From Strigamia acuminata (Eukaryota), in the NCBI GenBank assembly GCA_949358305.1, contig OX442314.1:14756001-14820000 (forward strand): a stretch of DNA of 64,000 nt, read 5' to 3'. A program made the position numbers and the translations under genes. Below the pieces are notes generated by a model. It did not search any database. It saw only the letters and a list, made by a program, of their open reading frames with translations, and was not told where the DNA came from. Shown here piece after piece: positions 1-11,726 of the stretch (positions are counted from its first letter, which is position 1; every line of letters starts with the position of its first letter).

Positions 1-1719
1 TAAAACTATCGCATAGCTAAAGGAAATAAATTTCCTTCTGGTTACACGCAATGAAGATGAAGATGCGAGTACCGAAATTCAATTTTTCCAATTACAACGA
101 CTATCAATTATTGTTCGCAGTGATAAAATAAAAATGAAATTACCAATAAGTAATCAATGTATTGGTAATTATATCTTTTTAGCATGTTTCCCGCCTATCC
201 TGTGTTTAGGTGGTGACTTTTTATACCTGCAATAGATGTTAACATATGTAAATAAGTCCGTCGCTTTGAAATTGTAAAGAAAAATATATTCAATGTGTTT
301 TTGTATCACTGTTCTTAATCTTTAATCATACTGCTGGCACATATCCATATGTTGTAGTAAAAAGTATGAACTTTAAGAGAAAATGTTGAATATGAAATAA
401 GTGAAACCAGATATGTAAATCTCAGTCTCTTTGGTGTGCCACACGGTAGTATGAAATATTAATGATATGACCTTTAACGAAATTAAATTTTGTAAAGCCA
501 TCAGGAGAAAGATGTTTTAAGTTGAGATTAACGTGTCTAGTGATGAACTATGCTGTGTAATTGCATCTTGTATCAATATTTAATTATACTGATTTTATGT
601 TTTTATTTTGATTGATTTTTTTTATTTTTTTAAAAAAAAATTATGTACTTACAATTTTGTATTTTTTTATATTTTAGTTGGAATGATTGATATTTATTGA
701 ATGAAAAAAATTAATATTTGATATTTAAATATATCACTGAAATTCCGCACTCTTTCTTTGTGACGGTTTTCCACCACATGTGTTCACAATAACCGTAACT
801 AGAGATAACATTGATTGTTTTGTTTTTCATTGGTGTTTGTTTCTTTTAAATTTGTTGTAAAGATAAACAAAATAAAATAAAATGCGACAAAATATTTTGC
901 GTAGGAAAACTATTGTAATTGTCTGTTTTCAAACTCACATTGTAGATGGCGTAATCGTTGTGGCATCTGTAAATTGCGCTATAGGTGGCGCAATAGTTCT
1001 AGAAATCGAAATGGTTTTTCCATATTATTATTATTATTATTATTAATGAGATATGAAGAATAAAAGTGAGTAATTACCAAATTTGTAAAATTTGTTGTCA
1101 ATTGAGTTCCATTCATTTTACCACATGATTATGCTTTCGCATGTTGGAAATTACAAAACCTGATTTGACATAAAAAATGAAAGGTTTTGTTTTCCAGTAC
1201 AGTAATAAAATAAACAACAATAAACTTTTTACTAAAAGTAATTTTCAGCATAGTACCAAAATATTGTTGTTTATTTACTTTATTTTAGCATTATTAGGCC
1301 TAATATTAGGCTTAATACTGCTAAATAACAATTGAAATTAGAAAATCGTCTGCGCAGAATGGGATGTGCAGTACGAATTTAGCATCAAGATACCGAGCGC
1401 GAACTGGTATATAAATAATTAATTAGCATAAATTATTCACAACAAATAAATGTTTATTCAGTAATTAAAATTTATTAATTTAAACTTTCGTTCAGGAGAT
1501 ATTGTTACTCCACGTTTTGACGCAACCTCATTCATTCGACACGCGCTGAACACTTTTATGAAGTTTAAAAACTTTGTTGAACTCGCAACGTTCCTCCCGA
1601 ATGACGGCAATTACAAACAGGTGACAATCGTTCATTTATTTATTGATAGCATTATTAATTTCCATTTTTATTTTAATTATTTTAGAAAGACAAAATTCAG
1701 CTGAGATTGACTTATCAAA

Positions 1720-4100
1720 ATGAAAGAGACAAAACAAAAGAATTTCTACAGAAAAACACAAGCAGGCAATTTACCGTCTTTGCCAAAGCTGGAGATTTAT
1801 GCGTATTTTTCTATCTGGGTTTACGCATTGTATATCGCCATTGATAAAGTCTATCACATGGCTTCAGGTAACATTAAGAAAATTGAAATTTTATTTGAGG
1901 GGTTTCTTTAATTTGTGTTTGTTTTCTTTATTGACAAAGGAATGTTGTAAACATATATAAAAGGTCGGAACAGATGGTTTTGCTATCATTAGTTGAACTA
2001 TACAGAATTTTGTCTTTTGTTGTGGGTTTTAACAAAAACCATTCAGATACAGGTGGTTGTGTGAATATAAATTTTATGAACAACGATTTTTATATACAGT
2101 TGATCTTCTTTAATAACAGAAAAATTCAACTGAAAGAATTAAACGTAAATGATTTATTTTTAATATTCAGAGTATAAACCATTTTACTCACCTGGGTACT
2201 TCGTAGAAGGTTGGAGTTTCTTAGGAAGAGAAAAGGTAAAATTTACAGTTCAGTTTGTGAATTATAAAAATAAAATTCTGTTTCTAGGATGTGTCTGATA
2301 CGGAATGGAATGTTTGGTCCGAGAATTATATTGCGTTTATTCCTTGGGTTGTAATACACACCGCAGTATCACAGTTTTTATGGTTGAAACATTCACAAGT
2401 AAGAAGTAAAATGTGTTTAATGTCGAATTTATCAAACAATTTGTAATTAAATTAATTATTTTTTCAGTTTATTTCATATTTTTATATACTTTTTTCGTCG
2501 ATTTCGATGGTGTACCTCATTGGTTTATTGCCAACGTTATACTTACTAACGCAAGCATTAATTATATTTCCTACATATTTATTAAAAAATAGAATAATCT
2601 GCTGGGCAGTTGGATTAACATTATTAGTTTTTGTTAATATTTATCCATTTTCACAACTTTTGGTAAGCGAACGGGAAAATACTTTTGCTATTCAATTATG
2701 GTTATTATTGTCTCTTTTAATTGTAGGCATATATCGTTGTTCCGTATTCTAATGAAGAATACATAATGTCAATAGTCACTGCGTGGTTAATTATACGTGG
2801 TTTAAGTTTTTCTTTGCATCGTTGTAGCGAATCTCGTAAATCGAAAACACTTCGACAAGACCTGAGCCATTATTTAGGATTTTGTTTTTATTTTCCTCTT
2901 TTGTATACAGGGCCTTTAATGATGTTCAATGATTTTGAAAAACAGGTAAAAATTTTACAATTTGAGTTCATCTAACATTTTAAAATCAACTTTTTTTATT
3001 TTAGCTATTAGCGCCTAAACCAAAATGGGACAAACGCAGATTACTGTACAACACACTGAATATTTTTCGCTACGTCTTTTGGTTCCTTTTCAACGAGCTC
3101 ACACTTCATTATCTATATATTCACACCTTCCGTCTTTATTTGAATTTGTTAACACGTTGTCCTCGGTTGGTGCTAAATGGTCTTGGTTATTCGATTTCTC
3201 AATTTTTCATGAATAAATACACTGTCCTCTATGGCTTGCCTGGCGCAATTGCACAACTTGAACATTACGATCCTCCACCCAAGCCAAAATGTGTGGCCCG
3301 AATTTATATGTATTCTGATATGTGGAGGTATTGACGTATGTAATATATTTAATTTATATAATTTAAAATTTATTTAAAAAAATATTAATTATTCAACTTT
3401 TTCTAGGTATTTTGATCGTGGGTTGTACACTTTTTTCACAAAGTAATTTATTCTTAGAATTTATTTATTTATTTTAATTTGCTACATATAAATTTTCTTT
3501 TTTTTAGTTACATTTACGTACCTGTTTTGGGAGTCAACAGCAGTACTTTAAAGAAATTAATCGGGACTAGCTTGTGTTTCACATTTGTTTTTCTTTGGCA
3601 TGGCGCAACGTACACAAACTTTGTATGGGCTCTGCTTAATTATGTTGAAGTTACTCTTGAAATGATCGCTTCCGCAATCGCTCGAAATGACCATGTCGTA
3701 AAATTTGAGGTAAATCAATGTTATTGAATTCTGTTATAATATTTACAAAATTTAATTATTCGTTACAGGGACGGTGGATAAGTCCAACATGGTCTCGACG
3801 TTTTCACGGGTTGTTTGCAGTGCCTTTGCTCTACTTAGGTTGTGTTTCAAATTTTTATTTTCTAGTTGGTCACGAAGCGACAGATATTATGATTGACAGA
3901 TTGATTATTAACGGTGATTATTTGACAACTCAATGTATGAATATTTGTTTATTTTTTAATTTTTTTTTTAAAATTTTATTTCAGTACCAATTGATTATTT
4001 CTTTTATCAAAGTTTCTGTTTATACTGTATGTGCCAAGTATCGATTGAAGTGGATAATTGGGAGAAAAGAAAACGCAAAACTACAAAGAATGCAAGCTAA
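1720..4100 (+). CDS. HHAT: Hedgehog acyltransferase / rasp-like MBOAT protein, multi-exon
   Basis: Exon peptides LPKLEIYAYFSIW, GWSFLGREK-DVSDTEW, FYFPLLYTGPLMMF, MYSDMWRYFDRGL and FVFLWHG (MBOAT catalytic His) joined by GT-AG introns. First coding exon 1720-1867; last exon 3985-4100 ends ...KTTKNAS*. Confidence 0.9.
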
Positions 4101-4472
4101 TTGAAATTTATGCTTTTTCTAGTATAATTTTGTCGTAAATAAGGTTAACAACTAGTAGAAACAACATTGTAAATTACATAAAACAATTTTTATATAAATT
4201 TATTAAAACTTGTCAAATACATTTATAAATATTACGGTTAAATTTTTGTTAACTAACAACAAAATAGAATCCCCTTTTAGGTGATCTAAAGTTTGGAAAT
4301 TATGTTAATATAAAACAAAAATTTTAGTTTGCTTGAAATTTAATTTTTTTATTCAAAAATTAATGCACTTTGTGACTAGCTTCAGTGGGTTTTACATTCT
4401 TATCTACAATATTTTTCAACTATTTAATTTTTTTTATTATAGTTTTAACAAGTGGCAACTTAATATTTACAA

Positions 4473-5736
4473 TTAGGCATTCACTTCTTGCACAGCAGCG
4501 ACCGGGTTGGGATTAATCAGCCGTCCCCAGAACATAATAGCGCCACTTCGATTATCTTTGACGAATAGGAGGAAAGGATGGTCTGCTATAAATTCAGGCT
4601 GATCGAGTCTAAGGCAACATGTCATAGCTATCATAGCTGTTGCTGCGGCCGCCTCGCTTCCTTCCTCGTTCACTTCGAGAAAAGCTTTGTGCAAAACGGC
4701 AGAAACGAACAAATCTTTCTTGCCCGTAATTCCCGATAAATTCGCCTTGTCTTCATTGAATAGATCACTCATTCCCATACTACTCAAAATATCTTTGAGA
4801 GATAATGAGGATTCTATTTTAAATTTCGGTAATGCCAAAATTACTTCAGTTTTCTGCATTAAATTCATTAAACTTTCCAAATCTGAAACGGTAAGCGTTT
4901 CTTCCAATGCCTTTAACCCATTAATGTCAAATGGAAGGATAACAAACATGCTAAAGGTTTCTCCCACATATGGTAATTCGATTATTCTACAGTTTAGATT
5001 ATCGACCTTCGCGTATCTAAATTCAGACGTTATGTGCATGAAATCCGTCATTACTGCCTTGTTAACATCTAGGTAGAAATTATGGGCATTCGTGCGTTCA
5101 GGTTCAAATTGCTCGTGCCAATTGCCTTTAAAGTAGATCGCGTTCACCAAAACCAAACGTGTAAGATCATCCAGTATCCCCGGAGCAATCAAATCTTTGA
5201 TTTTCGCTTGGGTTTTGTCTTCCACCCACTGATTAATCTCTAATCGAATTTTTTCAGCGTCTGAACCGAAATCAACGACAGTCGATGAGGTATTGTAATG
5301 TTCCTCCAAAACGCCTCTGAAGTCTGCCAAAATGTTTGCTTTGTTGTGGGCGTACATGCGATTAGCAATGTGTAATTTTATGGCAGAGTCTTGGGTGCCC
5401 AAAAGAGAATTAATAATCTCTCGGAATGCTTCGTGAATGGCTTTATCGGTGGTGAATGATGATCCCAACTTGAGGACATCTTTCATCTGTTTTGCAGTGT
5501 TTTCTTTGGCGCCAGCTAGAGTCATAGCTAGCGCCACACTAATGCTGAGTGGACTGATAAATAAATTTTCATCATTTCCAGCTACACTTTGCTGAAAATG
5601 TAAAACAAAAGAGAATTGGTATATTTACTTGTTGGTTTTACACACTCTTCGTGTGTTGTAATTTTACCCTGTAAAGAGCCAAGGTGAATTCAAGTCCTTT
5701 TTGGGTTAATATACAGATGTTGGAATCCTCTGCCAT
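4473..5736 (-). CDS. Serpin S1, intracellular/clade-B-like, 395 aa; exons 5736-5668 and 5591-4473; RCL TAMIAMTC-CLR
   Basis: Motifs SPLSIS, NAIYFKGNW, EEGSEAAAAT hinge and ADHPF. Exon 1 MAEDSNICILTQKGLEFTLALYR, phase-0 GT-AG intron, no signal peptide. Confidence 0.95.
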
Positions 5737-5951
5737 GTTTGAGGTGTTGGCACTGATGTCATAATTTGACGCTAGTTGGCGCAGTTGTAGCAGTTATATT
5801 GCAAAACAGACAGCGCGGTTTCGAATGCGAGATTAATTTTATTTTTATCTTAAAAACTTTTATTTATATCAGCACAAGTTTTTTCAGATTGCAACATTAA
5901 CCCAGCAAAAAGAACTATATTTTGAATTCGTTGTAAATCAGAAGAAATTGA

Positions 5952-6172
5952 ACTAGTGGGTCATGAAGCGTTAGATATTATGATTGACAGATTGATTATT
6001 TGACAACTAAATGTATGAATATTTGTTTATTTTATAATTTTTTTTTAAATTTTATTTCCATACCAATTGATTATTTCTTTTATCAAAGTTTCTGTTTATA
6101 TTGTATGTGCCAGGTTTCGATTGAAGTGGATAATTGGGAAAACGCAAAACAACAATGAATACAAGTTAATTG
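5952..6172 (+). pseudogene. Decayed copy of the HHAT 3' end (related copies near 10600-11230, 14620-14830, 21660-21890)
   Basis: ctagtgggtcatgaagcg...gattgacagattgattatt...taccaattgattatttcttttatcaaagtttctg matches HHAT 3861-4104 with deletions. Confidence 0.8.
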
Positions 6173-6770
6173 AATTTTATAATTTTTCTGGTATAATTTT
6201 GTCATAAATAAGGTTAATAACTTTGAGTGTAGTTTAGAAAAGAAGCAAATGTTATTATTAAGTGTTGAAGTGTTGGTTTTATGCGTGGTGATATTCTTAC
6301 ATGTGTGTCTTTCTTGTTACCATGGTTACCACTTTTGTAATGGCGTAATGGCAATGTATGAGTGAAAATACGGCGGAATAAATTGCGTGAAGATGTTATT
6401 TCTAATCAAACCGAGCTTTATTTGATTCACTAGTACAAATAACATTGTAAATTACATAAAACAATTTTTATATAAATTTATTAAAACTTGTCAAATACCT
6501 TTATAAATATTTCAGGTAAATTTCAGGTAAATAATATTTACAATTAAGCATTCACTGGGGCGCATTAAGAGTCCCGAAAAAAGGAATTCAGAATCCAGAA
6601 ATCGCTATTTTTTGTGCTGTGAGACAGCATAACGCGAATCCTAGATACCGTTCTAGGCAGTGTGTAGCGAATCCAGACTCTCGCTAATTCATGAATCGCG
6701 ATTCGCGGTTTAATTGCACACGCAATTAAACCGCGAATTGTAAATTGCTAAAAAAAAAATCATTATTTTA

Positions 6771-6848
6771 GTGCAGTTTGGCACGAAAAAACTGCAGTTT
6801 GACATGAAAAAACTGCAGTTTTGCACGAAAAAATGGCAGTTTGGCATG
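6771..6848. repeat. Imperfect 21-bp tandem repeat (~3.7 copies, tgcagtttggcacgaaaaaac) inside an unclassified insertion (~6556-7230)
   Basis: Repeat visible directly. The insertion begins right after a leftover serpin 3' tip (ttaagcattcact, 6544-6556). Confidence 0.7.
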
Positions 6849-7513
6849 GAAGAAGTGCATAAAGTTGCTACCAACACCAATACATGTTGTCCGCATTGCA
6901 TTGTTGGTCGAAAGCACGCTCAACCACCATCGAATACCACCGCTCAAACCGCAGCCCAAAAGAAGCATTAACCTAAACGGCACTGTTTTTGTTTGATTCC
7001 AAACTTTTTTCCTCAGATTTGTATGATTCCAATCTAATTTCCCTGTGTTGATTTTGTCACTAGTTGAAGTTCTACTGTTTTTTTTTAAGTGAAATTGTAG
7101 ATAAAACAATGTTCTTTCAAGCTAATTTATTTGTTTTTCAACAAAGTTTACTCATTATTGTGCTACAGCAAATTATTGTTTCATTTTCCGTTTAAGGTGG
7201 TCATGATTCCAAACTTTTTGCCAGGGGTTGTACATACATACATATATACATTTGTTATAGCAATGAATAATATAATACATTGATCTAACAAGTAAGATAA
7301 ACTAAACAATAAATGCTTATGGAATTACACGTAATTAATTAAACTAAACAATGTCACGTGCATAATTACACCGTTAACACATAATATGATAAACGCGCGA
7401 TAATAAACATATCAAATAATACGACAATGGCTGTCCAAAATCCAATAGTTTCCTTCTTTTTGCGATTGCTTTTTTCGCGATTTGATTGTTCGCGATTAAT
7501 TTCATTTAATTTT

Positions 7514-7701
7514 TGTTGTGTCCGCCATCACAACTTTCTAAATTCAAACAATCAATGTTATTTAGTATTATATCATTGTTGCTTTACCAACAATAGTCGC
7601 CTTTATTTGGTTCTCCATTCACATGTCTTCAACCCTAGTTAGGGTTGAGACATAAACAAGAATATTAGGCCAAGTTTAATAGAACACGGCTAGATTCTAC
7701 A
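7514..7701. mobile_element. Solo LTR-like insertion (188 bp)
   Basis: TGTTG...CTACA termini, 5-bp target duplication ATTTT (7509-7513 / 7702-7706); absent at the paralogous site ~16410. Confidence 0.7.
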
Positions 7702-7766
7702 ATTTTGTAATCGCTGTTTTCTTCTTTTCGCGATTGCTTTTGTTGCGGCAGTAGTGCCCTCCCCAT

Positions 7767-8396
7767 CAGGGCCATCTTTACCATTGGGCTAACTGGGCTG
7801 CAGCCCAGGGGCGCCGGGCAGAGAGGGGCGCTGGGCAGAGAGGAATGCCAGGCGGAGAAGGGCACCAAGCAGAGAATGGCACTGGGCAGAGAGAGGTTCC
7901 AGGCAGAGAGGAACGCCAGACGGAGAGGGGCGCCGGGCAGAGAGGGGCGCTGGGCAGAGAAGTATGCCAGGCGAAGAGGTGTGCCGGGCAGTGAAGTATG
8001 CTAGGCGCCTCCTACATTAAGAGTCTTCATGAGTGTTTTTAAATATAAACTGAACTTGTAGGCCAGTTCCTACACATTGTTGATAGTGTGTAAAACACAC
8101 GGGCGTCACAGGTCAGGGGGCGCCACCCCGAAAGATGCCTTTTTATGTTCGAAAATGCATTTGTAGATCCAAAAATGAATTTTCTGATTCAAATTTCTTT
8201 TTCACAAAAATGCTTACCGCTACTTCTTTTGGAGGGGGTGGGAGTGGGGCACCAGCATCCCCCAAAAACACGAATGCACTACAAGTATACCCTAGGAAAT
8301 GTAAATGTATAAATAATTTTTTTTTAATTATGACAAGGGACAAGGGGCGCCTGATTTTTTAAGCCCAGGGCGCTGAAAAGTGTTAAGACAGCCCTG
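7767..8396. mobile_element. Non-autonomous hAT-type DNA transposon (630 bp) with an internal GC-rich ~17-bp minisatellite
   Basis: Left TIR CAGGGCCATCTTTAC vs right (reverse complement) CAGGGCTGTCTTAAC; perfect 8-bp TSD CTCCCCAT (7759-7766 / 8397-8404); empty site in S5 at ~16465. Confidence 0.9.
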
Positions 8397-10231
8397 CTCC
8401 CCATTCACGTCCTGCCAAGCAGCGTCCGGGTTGGGATTAATCAGCCGTCCCCAGAACATAATAGCGCCACTTCGATTATCTTTGATAAATAGGAGGAAAG
8501 GATGGTCTGCTCTAAATTCAGGCGGATCGTGTCTGGTTGTAAGGCAACATGGCCGACTCATTGCTGAATCTGTTGCTGCAGCTGCCTCACTTCCTTCCTC
8601 GTTCACCTCGAGGAAGGCCTTGTGCAAAATGTCAGAAACGTACAACTCGTTCTTGCTCGTAATTCCGAATAAATTTGCCTCGTCTTCATTGAATAGATCA
8701 CTCATTCCCATACTACTCAAAATATCTTTGAGAGATAAAGAGGATTCTATTTTAAATTTTGGTAATGTCAAAATTACTTCAGTTTTATACATTCTACTCA
8801 TTAAATTCATTAAACTTTCCAAATCTGAAACGGTAAGCGTTTCTTCCAATGCCTTTAACCCATTAATGTCAAATGGAAGGATAGCAAACATACTAAAGGT
8901 TTCTCCCACATATGGTAATTCGATTATTCTACAGTTTAGATTATCGACTTTCGCGAATCTAAAGTCAGACATTATGTGCATGAAATCTGTCATTACTGCC
9001 TTGTTAACACCTAGGTAGAAATTATGAGCATTCGTGCGATCAGGTTCAAATGGCTCGTGCCAATTGCCTTTAAAGTAGATCGCGTTCACCAAAACCAAAC
9101 GTGTAAGATCATCCAGTGTCCCCGGAGCAATCAAATCTTTGATTTTCGTTTGGGTTTGTTCTTCCACCCACTTATTAATCTCCATTCGAATTTTTTCAGC
9201 GTCTGAACCGAAATCAACGACACTCGATGAAGTATTGTAATGCTTTTCCAATACGCCTTTGAATTCCGCCAAAATGTTTGTTTGGTTGTGAACGTACATG
9301 CGATTAGCAATGTGTAATTTTATGGCAGAGTCTTGGGTGCCCGAAAGAGAATTAATAATCTTTTGGAATGCTTCATGAATGGCCGAATCGGTGGTGAATG
9401 ATGATCCCAACTTGAGAACATCTTTAATCTGCTTAGCAGTGTTTTCTTTGGCGCCAGCTAGAGTCATTGCGAGCGCCACACTAATGCTGAGTGGGCTGAT
9501 AAATATACTGTCAGCACTTCCAGCTGCAATTTGCTATAAATACAAAAGAAAATGAATTCGATTACGGGCCATCCATAAAGAACGTCACGGTCTTAGGGGG
9601 GAGGGAGGGATAAGCGTAAGCCAATCTCGTGACAAATTGTGACATAGGGGGAGGGGAGGTTCTTGGAAATGTTACGTCACAAGCAAAGATCTTTCAGGCA
9701 CAACTTGAAGACATGTGGGTGGTTGCAGAATGTTCCTGTTGAAGACAGTAGCGTTGATAATGGTCCACCAAGTAATATAATTAATTTAGACACATGTCTG
9801 CAAAATATTTGGGAAAATTGTTAGATTCTGTTTTTGTGGATAAATAAATGTCTAGTTATATTTTTAATCATGCATATTTTTTTACATAATTTTCATTGTT
9901 CCGTAAACTTTGCTTGCTTGCACACATGTAACTTACATGTAAACCTATGCAAACCACAAAGACCTAATGATAATAAACCGTGACTGTGACATAGGGGGTA
10001 GGGGGGGGGTGAAGCTTAGCGTGACAGTAGTGTGACATGGGGGGAAGGGGGGTCTAAAATAAGCCGATTTTAGCGTGACATTCTTTATGGATGGCCCCTT
10101 AAGTCTTGTTGGTTATTATAAATTCTCTTTCTCAATTGTTATCTTACCTTGTAAAGATCCAAGGTGAATTCAATTCCTTTCAGTGGTAATTGGCTGTGGC
10201 CGGGTTTCTGCGAGACCGTTTGAGTTGCCAT
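8328..10231 (-). CDS. Serpin S2, 429 aa; exons 10231-10148 and 9533-8328; RCL TDSAMSRPCCLTTR; C-terminal tail supplied by the hAT element
   Basis: Complete serpin motifs; exon 1 MATQTVSQKPGHSQLPLKGIEFTLDLYK; intron enlarged by a MITE. Confidence 0.9.
9565..10098. mobile_element. MITE with TTA target duplication (PIF/Harbinger- or Zator-like) in the S2 intron
   Basis: 25-bp TIRs (C/G)GGGCCATCCATAAAGAA(C/T)GTCACG with 2 mismatches; TTA on both sides; absent from the S5 and S9 introns. Confidence 0.85.
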
Positions 10232-10664
10232 GTCAGCTGCTGGGAGAACGTAAAATTTACTCAACCGAAAATTTCCGCGCTATCTTTCTTGCTCTACGTA
10301 TGCTCCCAGACTTTACTTTTATAGCATGGTGTAAGACTACACCGGGAGCATGCGCAGAGCAAAAAAAAAGGCGCGGAGCGAGGCGCGAAGCCTCCTGTCG
10401 CCAGGCGCTACTATAATTTGTCGCTAATTAGCGCAGTTGTAGCAATTATATTGCAAAACGCATGGCGCGGTTTCTAATGCGAGATTTATTTTATTTTTAT
10501 TTATTACCGTTATATTTATATAAGCACAAGTTTTTTCAGATTGCAACATTAAACCCAGCAATAAGAAATTTTGAATTCGATCGAAATCAGTAGAAATCGA
10601 ACTAGTCGGTCACGAAGCGACAGATATTCCTTGATATACCGGTAACCAGGAAAATTATTGCGTA

Positions 10665-11072
10665 GGGGCCGTCCATAAATTACGTAACGCTGATTTTTCG
10701 ATTTTTAGACCCCCTCCCCCCCCTGTAACAAGGTCGTAACAAATCCACAAACCCCCCCTAGAATATTACGTCACAAAACTCACCACCCCCCCCCCCCCCC
10801 CAAGAAAAAATTTTGATACAAGCTGAAAATACAAAATTTAAAAAAAAATTAAAAATTTTGACAAAAATTTAAAAAAAATTTAAAAAATGTTTAAAAAAAT
10901 TTCAAAAATTTATTTTTTTTTTTAAAAATTTAAAATTCACAATAATAATAAATTTTCACTTTTTGTTACGAAACATTATTAAGAACCCCCCCTCCCCGTC
11001 GTAACAACCCGTAACAAAATTTGAAAGCCCCTCCCCCCCCTTCCAGGCGTTACGTAATTTATGGACGGCCCC
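10665..11072. mobile_element. MITE related to the 9565 element
   Basis: Perfect 26-bp TIR GGGGCCGTCCATAAATTACGTAACGC; absent at the paralogous site ~21727; no clean TSD. Confidence 0.85.
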
Positions 11073-11726
11073 ATTGTGGTAACATTTATTTGTATAAGTG
11101 TTTGCTTGTAGATTACATGTGCCAAAGTCTCGATTGAACGGAGAAAAGGAAACGCGAAAAAACAAAGAGCACAAACTTAGGAGTACATTTTATACTTTTT
11201 TTAATATTTTGTCATAAATAACTTAAATAACTAACTAGTATAAATAACAGAAACCAGTTTTTTACAAATTTATTAAAACGAGTCAGATACTTTTATAAAT
11301 ATTACGATTCAATTTTTCTTCTCGTACCGTATTTATTTTTATGAAAAATATTGGCGGACCCCTTTGTCATGTTAAAGGTATGGGCTGGGCACAGATGACA
11401 AAATTTTAATGTGCATAGCTGTAGCAAAAGGTTTATTTTTCTTATAAACTTTATTTTTATAAGAGATCCGTTTTACGGATTGCAATATTAAATCCAGGAA
11501 AATTCAATGATTGTTTCATAGGTAACATCGTGGAAATATTTAACCCATCTGTAATTTTTTTAAAAAGTTTATTCTTTTGTATAGTTTGTGTAGTGCCAAG
11601 TTTTTTTAAATGAATAATTGGGACTTGGGAGAAAAAGTGCAAAACAATATTTTATACTTTCTCTAATTAAATTTTGTCTTAAACACATTAGTACAGTTTC
11701 AACAAGTGGCAACTTAATATTTACAA

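Noticed and set aside
940..992. CTCF-like motifs (TAGATGGCG, TAGGTGGCGC) upstream of HHAT
   Set aside because: Short matches with no supporting evidence for an insulator.
1601..1720. ATG at 1601 as the HHAT start
   Set aside because: Splicing to either nearby acceptor gives an early stop; at most a uORF.
4687..5076. Long plus-strand ORFs over the serpins (also 8380, 13321, 16691, 20116, 24078)
   Set aside because: Antisense shadows of serpin exon 2; their similarity just reflects the duplications.
4473..5537. ORF-track starts MALAMTL as true serpin N termini
   Set aside because: These are internal GTG (Val) codons; the real ATG is in a small upstream exon.
6771..6848. 21-bp repeats as a CRISPR-like array
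   Set aside because: Head-to-tail degenerate repeats without unique spacers, in eukaryotic DNA.
7665..8362. ORFs inside the hAT element as a transposase
   Set aside because: Short and low-complexity, produced partly by the minisatellite, with no transposase motifs.
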